This document shows positions 25,415 to 37,600 of a stretch of DNA of 64,000 nucleotides, one piece after another (positions within the stretch are counted from its first letter, which is position 1; the number at the start of each line of letters is the position of its first letter). Position numbers and translations under genes: made by a program. The stretch is from Amphiscolops sp. MND2022 (Eukaryota). The stretch lies in contig OZ076409.1 of assembly GCA_964187785.1 (NCBI GenBank), positions 3,040,001 to 3,104,000 of the forward strand. The letters are read 5' to 3'. The notes under the pieces were generated by a model. That model was given only the letters and a program-made list of their open reading frames with translations. It searched no databases and was not told the origin of the DNA.

Positions 25415-26911
25415 TACAAGTTAACTCGACCAAATCTTTACCCAAACCCTGATTAGGCTAGGAAATGAATTGAATTGATGTCATCTTTCTCCAATTTAGA
25501 GAATGAAGGGAATCTGAGAATCAATAGAAATCTCAAAAGCAAGTTTTGAATGGTTATTCATTGTTGTAAAATCATTGTCAGTTGATTTCAAATCTCAAAT
25601 CGCAATAAATTTGTACCTGATTAATAGGCACAAAAGTCAATGTAGAAAAAAGTTGTCAAATTTCAATCAGAAAAACAGGGTATTTTTTGTTTTGAACTCA
25701 CAAATAAAGTGAAGTTAGTAGACTTGTTTTTGACTTTAATTTTTTTCGAAAGTTATCATGCAATAATATCTCGAGAACCGCTGTTCTTTACAAAACGTTA
25801 TTCGATGTACACATTGTATTTTTGATCCTGATCTCTAGTTTTTGAATAAAACTTTTTCTGAAACGCCCTCCTTAAGAATTCACACCGCAAAATGATCACA
25901 AAAGGCGAAATCTTCAATTTTTACTCAAACAAAAATAGTTTCGACAAAATTACACGTGTTTTTGGCTTCAAAATAACTGTTAAATATTAAAATTAAAGAA
26001 CGTTGTCACAGCTAAAAAAATGACTGAAGGTTTTTCTTCTGAACAGTTGTTTTTGAGCTTCAAAAATTTCCAAAATTCCTCAAAGTAAAATGTGATATAA
26101 TTATATCACAGTAAACGTTTTGAATTTTGATGCGATTTCAAAACAAAAATTACCTTTCTGTTGCTTATCAAACTTTGAGTGAAATTTGAGCCTGAGACTT
26201 TTTTGTAAAATGAAAATATCAAAAGATTTCGCGCACCATGAAAATCTTCTTAAGGCGAGTCGACTGTTTTAAGTTTTTGGTACCATAGTGCATTTGTGTG
26301 TCACTAACGTGATTGATAATTTTTAACCACTTAGTTTAACAAGCCTATATTAGTGCATTGCCAAAAATTGATTTCATGCATAATCAACCATCCATGTCCC
26401 ATGCATTCCCATTCATGGTACGTGTCATGCCTTATGGCATATGCTCCAGTGAATTAGGTTTTCCCAAAAAAAACGCGCTTATCGCTTGTTGCCCTTATGA
26501 CTGGCACGTTTTTTGGAAGAAAACGCTAGCTCAGCGAATTTTGGTTCTCAAAAGCTGCAGTTTTTGAAAAACATTACGAACTTTTGAAAATTTCGATCGG
26601 TTACTTTCTCATCTCAACAAACTACCACCACCAGAGACAAATTTTATATTGTACTAGTGTCGGGTGAAATTCTCAGTACAAAAAATTTGCCACTGTTAGA
26701 GTTGGGCACTTTTTGTAACCAAAATAGCTATAATTTCTGACCAATTAGATAAGCGCAAATTTCAGTCGTCGCTTTCGCTGTCGGCGCTTATCCGGATATC
26801 ACGTCGCTTTCGCATTTTTTTGCGCTTTCGCTACAAGCGACCTAATTCACTGATATGCTCCATGGGTTGCCTGGGATGAACCTGGGCAGTGCCTCTTTGG
26901 TGTATCCTTAC

Positions 26912-27049
26912 CCCCACGTAATTCTCAGACACTTGGGCGTAGTAGATGAGCTCTGTGAACTTCGGGTCAAGGTCATCCGTGTCCAGCACAACGACCTCCA
27001 CTGGCACAGAGCTAGACAGACTCTCATCGTCCGGCCCAGGAGCCGTGTT
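26912..27049 (-). CDS. Cadherin-related gene, internal exon a (NTAPG...DTDDLDPKF...VSENYVG)
   Basis: ttacAG acceptor, GTAAGG donor, 138 bp phase 0/0; cadherin linker motif. Confidence 0.9.
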
Positions 27050-27639
27050 CTGTAAGAAAAAAAACAAAACCCGCTCATTTTTGTGGTAATTTCGAAGGCA
27101 TTTTTAACATCAAATTTGTCTGAATCTTATATAATGATAGATATCAATTAACATGAAATTTGTGGAGTTCGAAGCATTTACTAAAAAACGCAAAAAATTT
27201 GAATTTCCTGAAAATTGTGCTGAATCTCATCATGTTCAGTTTTCAAATATTACTAAAATTTATCGAAACCTTCAAAAGCTCTCCTAATAATTCTTCAGTT
27301 CACTTTCACAAATATTGGCTCTGCACACAACCTTTAAGGGTCAACTGATGTTGCTTTCATTGATGTCAAAAAATACATTCGGTGATAAATTTCAGCAGTG
27401 AAAAATCGATCAGTGTTGTTCCAAAAGGTGTGGAAACTTTTTTGGGCCACTCTAAAAGCTGTGCTCCGAACCTGTCTGCGGAAAGCACGTCAAACCTTTC
27501 TGGACCATCTTACACACTGCAATATACGAACTGATTGCTTGTTTCTAGATCCCATACAGAAAAATTTTATGTTAAACGTTCCGAAAATGCACGCCAAATG
27601 AGATGAAAAACCTTGAGCCATGAGATGAGTAACTCAGCT

Positions 27640-28400
27640 GTTGCCTTAATGACAAAACGATGACTTCAAAGGCAACCTAAAGTCATGACCAAAGTGCATG
27701 ATTTGCGGATGAGGCGAGAAATTGCGCGTTTTGAAAAACATCAAGAAAAGGTCAACTTCAGAAATTTTCAAAGACCCTCAAGAGGAAGCTGTTAGAAGAA
27801 CAATACAGGAGGCAATGAAGTGACTAGGATTTTCCTACAAAAACGAGAAGGAGACAATAATAATAATAACGGAAAAACAGAAACGATCTCGCGAAAAAAT
27901 GCATTGATTGAATTCGACAGAGGCTCGATTGGAAAAAAAAGTTGTTTATACTTACTAAAAAAATTTAACCTAGACGAGCTGGATAATGGGAGCAAGAACA
28001 ATTTAGGAAATCTCCCAAAATTTTCGAAATAAAAGACATGCTAGAGGTAATAGTTTGATGTTTTGTGTCATGCTCCTTCCCAATAGCATGCTTCCGGTTA
28101 AAAAAAGTTTCGAACAGAGTGAATTCCAGGGAATATTACTCAATTTTATCTGGATTTGCTATGCCCACGATACCGTGGATAGTGAATATATTCTCCAATA
28201 AGAAGTATTCACATTGTTCAGTCTACTATGAAATTTTTCGAAAATCGTGGAATTGATGTCCTCAATTGGCCCAGTAGAAGCCCTGATTTGAACATCATAG
28301 AGAATGCCTAGAGTATGCAGAGAAAATTTATGTATGATGACCCACAACCCCGAACTAAGAAACAACTAGCAATCGTATCGAGTTTGAACTGTTCTGATCA
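27640..28400 (+). pseudogene. Highly decayed Tc1/Tc3-like transposase remnant
   Basis: KKFNLD(E)LD near 27960 and SPDLNIIEN near 28280; boundaries uncertain. Confidence 0.55.
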
Positions 28401-29050
28401 ATTGGATAAGTTATTTGACTCAATTCTGGCTGGTATTGATTGACAAACAAACTTTAACAACCTAACGTCTGAACTATAATTAGTTCATCCCAGATTGTTG
28501 AAGTTAGGTTCCAATTATTATGTTGGTAGTGAAAAGATTGTATAGCTAATAGGTACGTTTAGGAGGAATAGAACAAGTGTAAATAATTTTTATTCCAGTA
28601 AATCAAAATTTTAAAACTTACAAAAACGTCCATGCGTTGAATACTATAAGTGAAAAATATCCTAACAGTGGGAGGCCATAAAAACTGTAAACGTTTATTT
28701 ATGGCCCCATTCAAAAAAACAAACATCAATGAATAAAACATCTGAGAACCGAGAATGAGACTGAACTGAGCTGTCACTCAAACTGCGTCAAACACGTTTT
28801 CAAACTGTCTCTGATTTATAAAAGAGAAGAACGGAATGTGAATATCTATTTTTTATATGGTTTCAAATTATCAGTCAAATCTGCCGGATGTGTTCTTCGA
28901 AACTGATGTTGATCTGATTGACAAGCGACAAATTTAAACTTAGAAAAATTCTCACAGCTTGTAACGGGAACCTCTGGTATAACGATTTTGCAACTTTGAC
29001 ATGTTCAGAAATTTTCTCAAAAATTCTAATTCGATGTGTGGAGTGATGAC

Positions 29051-29428
29051 TGTCATGCCAGCATGATGGAAATGTAATCTACTTAATATCTGTAATGTAA
29101 ATATTATGTCTTATGTACTTAGATATGGGCAATATGATGTCATATAATAAGGGCCATGGTTGTGAGCAACCCTACGTTACTTGTACTTTAATCCCTTCCC
29201 CTTTTGAGTGTGAGTTATATATATTTATTTAATACTGAGCGCTCTAGTTCCGGTGTCCGCATAAATGATCTTGCCAGAATCTAGCCTTGAAAGTGCTATA
29301 TTTCATAAATATTGGTTTGTCACGACAAGGGAGAGAAGTTTTCCGGTCAGACTGGACCGAGGAATATTGGAAGTAATGGAAAATATAACTTCTACTAACT
29401 CCCCGCCTCAGAGTATGTAGTTGTGACA
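29051..29428. repeat. LTR-like segment (TGTCA...TGACA)
   Basis: Perfect 5-bp inverted termini, TATA/AATAAA-like AT core; no TSD or PBS recognised. Confidence 0.4.
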
Positions 29429-29540
29429 AATTCTATTAAATTCATCACAAATTAATCGTCGAATTTGATGACGATTTTGATCTGATCAGAAATTTCACTT
29501 GGATCCATCAGCGGGTTCAACGGTGCTTTTAACCAAAGTT

Positions 29541-30325
29541 CATCGCAATCCCATCCTTAAAGTTTGCGAGTGAACAAAACATGGGACTTTAAACTGACTT
29601 TCATCAGAAATCCATCAGCGGATTTTATGGGACTTATTCTAGTAAAACTCATCTTTAATTCATCGTGATAATTTCATTTAGTAATTCCTGAATGTGCTTC
29701 TCATTTCTAAAGAACAGTAGTCCATCCTTTATTCATCGCGTTCACTAGTACAGAAGAGAAATGAGAAAGTACATCCTTAATTCATCCTAAAAAGAGTGAA
29801 AGTGCTGGTTATCTGATTTGTTTAGTAAACCCATCCTCAATTCATCTTGATTTCGTTTGTGCTGAAAAGTAACCATTTTAGTGGGTGAGTTCATCCTAAA
29901 ATCATCGCTAAATCGAACTGCTTTAGTATTCGGTGTTTTAACCGGTGAGTTCATCCCAAACTCATCGTCAATTTGTATTGCTCTGGTATTTGCTGTTTTA
30001 AGTGACAAGTTCATCCTAAACCCATCGCCAAAAATCTCCTGTATTAGAATTAGCGTTTATCGACTGAATTCATCCCTAATTCATCGTCATTTGAATCTGT
30101 GCTGGAAATTGACAAATTGTACATGGAGTTCATCCTTTTGTCATCGTCAGTTTGAATTGTGTTGATTTCCGAGCGAGAAAGACTACCATTCATCGCATTT
30201 TCATCCAGAGCTAAACTATACTTGGAAATCAGCAAATATTCTTACAAGTTCATCGCATTTCCATCTTCAAGTTTTAAATCATTGATTTTGGTGCTAGAAT
30301 CAGCGGAAAACATCGTTTTCCCATC
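29541..30325 (-). promoter_or_regulatory. Phased array of 14 CATC-N7-CATC motifs, ~60-bp period, upstream of gag
   Basis: First CATC at 29541, 29602, 29650, 29723, 29772, 29832, 29892, 29952, 30012, 30071, 30131, 30191, 30251, 30311; spacers diverged; regulatory role inferred. Confidence 0.7.
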
Positions 30326-30984
30326 CCAAATTGTGCTTTACCTTAAATTTGCTTGAAATTAGTGCGTTATTGAATAATTTGTGTCCATTTTAGTTACTAT
30401 AGAAACCATGATGTTATGTGCAGGCAATTGCGACACTGTAAATTGATGACTAAACACCATTAACACATGTAGATGTACCATGGTGCGTGGCCACTTTGCG
30501 GCAGTTCACAACACCGGTCACGTGACTTACCATTTTAACACCAGCTGGTAACAGCCAATGAGAGAAGGTTGGTAAGAGATTTAGCGTCTTACCAACCGAA
30601 AAGACACGTGAACTGCTGTAATTTGTACCGCCAATAAATATTACTCAGCCCGAATTGCGACAAGCTACCGACCAGTTGGATATTTTAACACGCAAAAGTC
30701 AGAAAACACATCTCTATTTCATCTTCAGAAATTGAGAAATTTAAACTGAGTAATTTCTTGGTACAACTACGACTGCGATGAACATTGGATGAACTTCTTC
30801 TGAATAACTTGCTAGTTTTCTTTTCCTTATATAACTGCTTACTTATTTGTACGACTACTTTCTAAAACATCTCAGTTCAAATTAGTGAATTTTGGGATCG
30901 AACATTCAGTTAAATCAGCAAGATACATCGAAAACACTTCTCAGATAATTCAGTCTTCACTCATAATTCTTTTCTCTCGAATAC

Positions 30985-32490
30985 ATGAATCCGGACCACG
31001 GCACTGAACTTAGAAGCGGTAGAGTTATACATTCCTCGTCAGGAACATCTTCTCCAATAGATCCAGACATGGCTCAATCGTCCGCCAATGACTCTGACAA
31101 TAACGAACCTTCAGATATCTCGTCCCAATTGTCTGAAATAAAAGAGAACTATGAGAAGAAGATAAATGAGTTACAAAGCGAATTTAGTCAACTGAAGAAC
31201 TTATTGATGGCAGTTATTAGTAAAAATGATGAAAATAACTTACCTTCAACATCGCAAAGTTCTTCAAAGCCGACCCACAGGGTAGGGCTCGACATGGTGA
31301 CAGGAGTTACAGAAACCCGCTCCACCCGCCCGACATCCAGCTTCACAAACTTCAGGCGATACCAGGAAGACGACTCGGACGAAGAAGGTGAATCAACTCC
31401 TAGAAGCAATGAGGAACGACTACTCAATGCAATCGAGACGATCCCCCAACGAATCAAAAGCACCACCACCAACACGAAATTACTACAGACACACGTCCCA
31501 AATTTCAGAGGCCAAAAAGACAAATTCGTGGAATTCGAGCACCTTCTCCTCAACCACCTTAGCCCGCTCGCCAACAAAATCACCGAAGAGAACAAACTCC
31601 ACTTCTTTCAAAGCCTTTTGAGAGATGATGCAATAGAGTACTGGCAATCCATCCAGATAACGCCACTAACAACACTGAAAGATGTGCTCGACCTCTTCAG
31701 GAAAGAATTCGCGAAAGAGGACCTTAAAGAAGTAGCTCGCTACAAATGGGATCAAGCCCGTTACGATCCCACCACAGAAACATTCAGCGACTTCCTCAAA
31801 AACTTGAAAAAGACTGCGAAACAAGCATTTGGGGAAGAAGCGGATAAAATCATCAAAATGTTCTTGTTCGGTAAACTCCCAGTCGAAATACAACAAGAAC
31901 TTACGATGGCCAATAAGGAGGAGAGCTCACCAGAAGAAATCAAGACATACTTGATGAGAAAGTACCAGTACCAACAGTACGTTGCGCCACCTACGACAAT
32001 TCAACCATTTAACGCGGTCACCTCCTCGGTCCCAACGACCAACACAACGATTAAACCAGCAACAACGACGACAACACAACCGACAGAACGAAAACGATTT
32101 GAGGGACAATGCTTCTACTGCGGAAAGACAGGTCACCGCAAAACAGAATGCCGCGCCCGACAACGTGACGAAGCAAACGGCATTAAGAAAGAAGATGCAA
32201 TTCCGATGAAGAAAGCAACCGACACAGACAAACCGAAGTACAATCCCAAGCTGGTTTGCCAGATTTGTGGATACACCGGCCACTCTGCAAGAGACTGCAG
32301 GCGACGCATTCCCAAGGAAAGCAGCTCTGCATATGGAAAGATTCCGTACACAACAAATTCACAGGACGACAACAAGGCTAGACGACAAGATTTAAAACGA
32401 CAGCAAAAGCCGATGAATCCAATGCAAGCAATTACTGAGGACGACGAACAACTAAGCTACTCTGATGAAGACATTAACCAGGGTTTTTGA
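30985..32490 (+). CDS. gag: Gag of element B (501 aa), two CCHC knuckles
   Basis: CFYCGKTGHRKTEC and CQICGYTGHSARDC; capsid-like region; intact ORF. Confidence 0.93.
   Translation: MNPDHGTELRSGRVIHSSSGTSSPIDPDMAQSSANDSDNNEPSDISSQLSEIKENYEKKINELQSEFSQLKNLLMAVISKNDENNLPSTSQSSSKPTHRVGLDMVTGVTETRSTRPTSSFTNFRRYQEDDSDEEGESTPRSNEERLLNAIETIPQRIKSTTTNTKLLQTHVPNFRGQKDKFVEFEHLLLNHLSPLANKITEENKLHFFQSLLRDDAIEYWQSIQITPLTTLKDVLDLFRKEFAKEDLKEVARYKWDQARYDPTTETFSDFLKNLKKTAKQAFGEEADKIIKMFLFGKLPVEIQQELTMANKEESSPEEIKTYLMRKYQYQQYVAPPTTIQPFNAVTSSVPTTNTTIKPATTTTTQPTERKRFEGQCFYCGKTGHRKTECRARQRDEANGIKKEDAIPMKKATDTDKPKYNPKLVCQICGYTGHSARDCRRRIPKESSSAYGKIPYTTNSQDDNKARRQDLKRQQKPMNPMQAITEDDEQLSYSDEDINQGF
32481..32487 (+). 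other. -1 ribosomal frameshift heptamer G GGU UUU at gag-pol junction
   Basis: CAG GGT TTT TGA; the pol ORF is in the -1 frame and overlaps here. Confidence 0.75.
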
Positions 32491-35400
32491 TTCAGCCACG
32501 ATTTCCGCCCGCTAGAAATACAACGCGCGACAAACGACTTTCGACTCAACCGACTACACACAACCGTCCAATGAAGAAATGGCAGCCTTCACTGGACAAA
32601 CGACCAAAAGCTGACGACGTCTATCAGCGAAGACTTTCCAACGATGAAAAAGCGATGGGAATTGCACGTCAAGGCAACGGCAGCCGCTTTTCTCCACTCG
32701 CTGAAATCAACGATGAACAAACGATGAACTGGCAACAAAACACCATGAGGCAGGTGGAAGATGCCAAAGAGATGGAAACCAACCATCTTGACGACGACTC
32801 GACTTCACACTCAACAATCGACAAACGGCTTAGTATTAAAAAACATGCAAAACAGAGTAGTTTTAACGTTTCAAAAGCTAAAAAACATGCAACTAAAACA
32901 GAAATTCACGTTCTCAGTCCCACTTTACACTTAAACAAGAAAGATAAAATGCTTTACGTCCCTCTTCAGTTTGACAAATATGAAAACAGCGCACTTTTAG
33001 ATACAGGCGCAATTCAAAGTGCAATGTCTGAAGCAGAATTGCGAAAAATAACAACGGCTCATCCAGAAGCCATCCTTCAAGAACTCCCCCCTCCGAATTT
33101 CAAAATTCAAATAGCAAACGGGAACTTAGTCCCAGTACGTAAGCAAGTCTTACTTAGATTTTACGTTGCTGGAAAAGTCTTTGAAGAAACGTTCCTAATC
33201 CTTCCAACAATGGGCACAATTTTAATTGGAATGTCATTCTTTGAAAAGTACTCAGTCAATTTAGACATAAAAAACCACCTTGTCCACTTCCCTAATCACA
33301 TGATGTCCATGCAAGTTAGACAGCAAAAGAACAACAGATTCAAAACTGGTTTAATTGATTTGTGTTCCAGTACCAGAACAGTGATCCCTCCTCTCCATCA
33401 AGTGATGATACAGGTCCACAGTGACGCGGACATCTCACTTACAACTGGTACAGTTGAGGGCTCACCTGGATTCATGCGAAAGACGTGTTTGCTTGTTTCT
33501 CCAGCTTTGGTTGACCTAGATGAGGGCAAGACGACAATCCAGGTCACCAACCCGAACAACCACACGTTCACACTTGATGCCAACACCACTCTGGCACACT
33601 TTCGCATACCGACACCACATCAGGCGGCAAACATCACACCCATGCCAGTCGAACACTTGAACCTGATCACCAAGTACCCAGATGAGGCGGAAGCAGTGGT
33701 CAACCAACTGTTCGTGAACCCTGAAATGAAGTCAACTAAGTGGTACCCAACTCCCGAGACGTGCAGTGAGCCAGACAAACTCAACGCAATTGAGCGACGA
33801 ATCTATGATGAGATTCTGGCACTACGAGAGCTCGAGAAGCTTGACCCGTCCCAATCCGATGAACAACGGATGAACTTCCTGAAGAACTTCAACTGGGACG
33901 ACTCGCTTCTTACTCCGTCTCAACGGTTACAGGTAGAGGAGTTGCTGGTAAAGTACAACTCCATTTTTGCTAGACATCGTTTTGATATTGGCGTGAACAC
34001 TGATTTTAAAGTTAAGCTAACACCCCAACATGAAGAACCTGTTTATTCACAAAGTCTCCCTACTCCGACAAATTTGAAGGACGATTTGCTCGTGGAGTTA
34101 GCTTTAATGCAAGAGTACGGGATCATAACTACTTTGCCTCATAGCAAATACTGATCTCCGATATTTGCTCAACGTAAACCAAATGGTAAATTGAGGATTT
34201 TAGTTGACTTGAGAAGAATAAACCACTTGATCAAAAACGATTACGGTGAACACAACCATCCCGTAACAACAATTGCTGACGCTGCCCAACACATGGCCGG
34301 GAAAAAGTATTTCTGTAAACTTGATTGTTCCCAGGCCTACCATTGCATTCCAATGGCCGATGAGCAGTCTGTCCAACTGTTATCGTTTAATTTTGGTTCT
34401 AGAACTTTTGCCTTTTTACGTCTAGCCCAAGGTCTTAACCGTTCTTTGTCAGCATTCACAAGTGTAGTCCGTGAGTATTTGGACCCCTTGGTCAAAGCGG
34501 ACCGATGTGCTCAATATGTTGATGACTTCGGAATTGCAGCACACACCCCTGACGAACTGATTAATAACCTTGAACTTGTTTTTCAGCAGCTGAACAAAGC
34601 CGGTCTTAAACTTAGCATGAGTAAATGTGAATTTGGACAAAAACAAAGTGAGTACTTGGGAAAAACCATTTCTAGCACCGATATTGCTCCCATTGAGAAA
34701 CGAGTAACTGACTATCTGACCAAATTGAAACCCCCCAACTCAGTGAAAGCATTGCAACGTTATCTTGGTTTTGTAAACTTTTACAGGTCTTATATTCCCC
34801 GACTAGCTGATAAAACTTGTTGTTTACAGGAATTGATCAAGAAGGACGTCCCTTTCAAACTGAATCAACAACATAAAGATGCTATTTTTGAAATCAATGA
34901 AAGTTTGTTAAAAGCAACAAAAGTGTCTCTGAAATTGCCATTACCTGATAAACAATTGGTAATCATGTGTGACGCCAGCGAACACGCTGCCGGCTATGTT
35001 TTGTTAATTGAGGATTATGCTGACCCGTCAGTCAAACAAACATACGCCCCTGTTGCATTTGGCTCTAAGAAATTTCAGGGCGGCCAGATGTCTCTAACAA
35101 TGTATGCCAAAGAGTTTTTAGCTACGCACTTTGCCTTCGATGAATTTGGCCACATTCTGTGGGGTGCGAAAAAACCCATCATTGTTATGACTGACAATAA
35201 GGCCTTGACTAGATTTTTTCAGGCGAAGCATATCCCGCCTTCACTTTGGAATTTTTGCGATCAAACCCTTCAGTTCAATTTTTTATTAGCAAGGAGTTGA
35301 AAATCCCGCAGCGGACTACTTATCTCGGCTTGAGATTAGACCTGAAGACCGTGTACATTTAAAATTGACTGATACTATTCCAATTCACAGGATCGAGATC

Positions 35401-37572
35401 GACATCGCCTCCCGTACACCAAAACAGGAGGAAGACGAGCCTGATTACTTTCCCACGAGCGAACCACTCAGATGCAAACGCCAGAAGGATGTCAAAGAGA
35501 TGAAATTGGCAACTGGCACTCACGTGGCTCATGACGATGGGAAAGGGATGAAGTTCACCAACTGTGAGAGAACAGCGGCCTCAGATGACTTCGCGACTGA
35601 CAACCATCTGACGTACCGCCTCACAGACGTGGACGAGCCAATTCAACTCTCGCAATTCATCCGTAAAGTATCATTATCACACCCGGTAATGAGTCAGGTT
35701 AGCCCCGCTGAGGGGATCGATCTAATTCAGGTCCAGAAAAATAACTGGGTTATTCAAAAAATGATTAGATTTTTAGAAGGTACTGAAATTTTGCAACACC
35801 CAGTTAATATGCAAGATCAGTTTTTTCAAAAGTTGCACAAAAATCGAAAACGCCTACAAGTTGTAAACGGTGTCTTGTACAGACAGTTTTTTGATCACAC
35901 GGGACTGGAGTCTCACAAGCAGTTAGTTGTTCCTGAAGACTGTATTTTGAAAATAATTAGGACTCTACATAACAGCCCGGTACAAGGACACCCTGGTTTA
36001 AAGAAAATGTTCTACGAACTTCGTAAAAGATATTACTCTCCTAACTTAGCCTGTAAAGTTCAAAAAGTCCTTGACGGATGTGAAAACTGCATGAAATCTA
36101 AAAGTGTAAAAGAAACGCAACTACGTCCACCGTTACAAAAAATCTACGACCCGTGCGACGGACCAGAAGACCTGTTGGAAATAGACATCGTTGGTCCACT
36201 CCCGGCGTCGAACGGTTTTACACACATTCTGACGGCTGTTGACGTTTTTTCACGCTACCTGTTCGCCGTTCCGCTGAAGAGACCTGATACACATTCCGTA
36301 GTCAGAGGATTACTGTCGATCTTCACGAAACACGCGTATGTGCCCAAGCACATTCTGACGGACAAGGGCACGGCGTTCACGGCTGAACTTCTGTCTGAAA
36401 TCGCGAAAGCGGCTGATATTCACATCTCCCATGCCACGATAAAGCACGCACAGACAATAGGCATGGTGGAGAGAACGCACGCGAAACTGAAAAAGATCCT
36501 TAAAATTAGTGTAAACGCAGACCGACCACAATGGGACCGCTATGTCGACATAGCAATCATGGCCCATAACACAACGTATCATGATTCACTGAAATGTTCA
36601 CCAACTGAAATTTTCCACGGAAGAACACCATACAACCCACTAGATCTGCAATTCCGAAACGCAAACAAACCGGCTGAAACAAAGTGCAAGGACGTGAACG
36701 AAATTCTAGACAAAATGAACTTCATCTTCAGAGACAATCTAGATAACATCATTTCCGCCTATCATAAGTACAAAACGTACTATGATAGAAAAGCACGAGC
36801 ACAGCCACTGAAGGTGAATGAATTTGTGTTCCTACTAGATCCTAAGTACGACTCTCAGAGAAGCAAAGAAGAGTTTAAAACGTTCCATTTGAAAGGACCG
36901 TACAAGGTGATCAAAGTGCTATCCGATAGCAACTACATCATCCGCAAAGTAGGCACACACCAAACTCAGTGCGTACACAGAATGCGACTGAGGTTGTTCA
37001 AACCGGAATTTCCGATTGATGACATCAACGTGTCCAAACATCTCTACCCAGACACTGAAAGGGTTGAAGACACGGACATTTTCGACTCGAATATTCCGAC
37101 AACCGACGAAGTAGATCAGAATGAGAATGACAATCTAGATCAAAACTTAGTCGAAGAAGAGCCTTCAGAAGAAATAATTCCACAGGTACAAGAACGACAC
37201 AGTCCACAAGTAATTCCTCCAGAAATAACCACGAGAATAGATTATCAGCAAGTAGAAACTGACCACAACAACTTTAGACCACCTACAGTTAGATTTGGAA
37301 CGCAAGAGGAAATTATTCTACCGCCCCCCCGCGATGAAAGTAGGATAAGAGTACCTCTGAGAGACGAACAACACGAAAATCAGTCACAACAGACAAACAC
37401 GCAAAGTGAAGATGAGGAAAGGATGAGTTCTAGACCTTCTAGAAACAATCAAAGTAGGTACAGGTTACGCGAAAACCCTACACCGAAAAAATATCCTGAC
37501 TTCCTTATTCATGAGATTACATCAGCCAGAAACTCTCTGAGAAAGACCAACAAAGTAAACGTAACGAGTTAG
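32487..37572 (+). pseudogene. pol: Pol of element B (protease, RT, RNase H, integrase), disrupted
   Basis: LDTGA, YVDD, CDAS, HHCC/DDE integrase, GPY; in-frame TGA at 34152-34154 and a small deletion/frameshift near 35290. Confidence 0.93.
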
Positions 37573-37600
37573 CCAAGAAAAACAACATTTCAAAACACAC

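Noticed and set aside
29541..30325. CRISPR array
   Set aside because: Only 8 bases are fixed, the spacers are mutually related, the context is a eukaryotic retroelement and there are no cas genes
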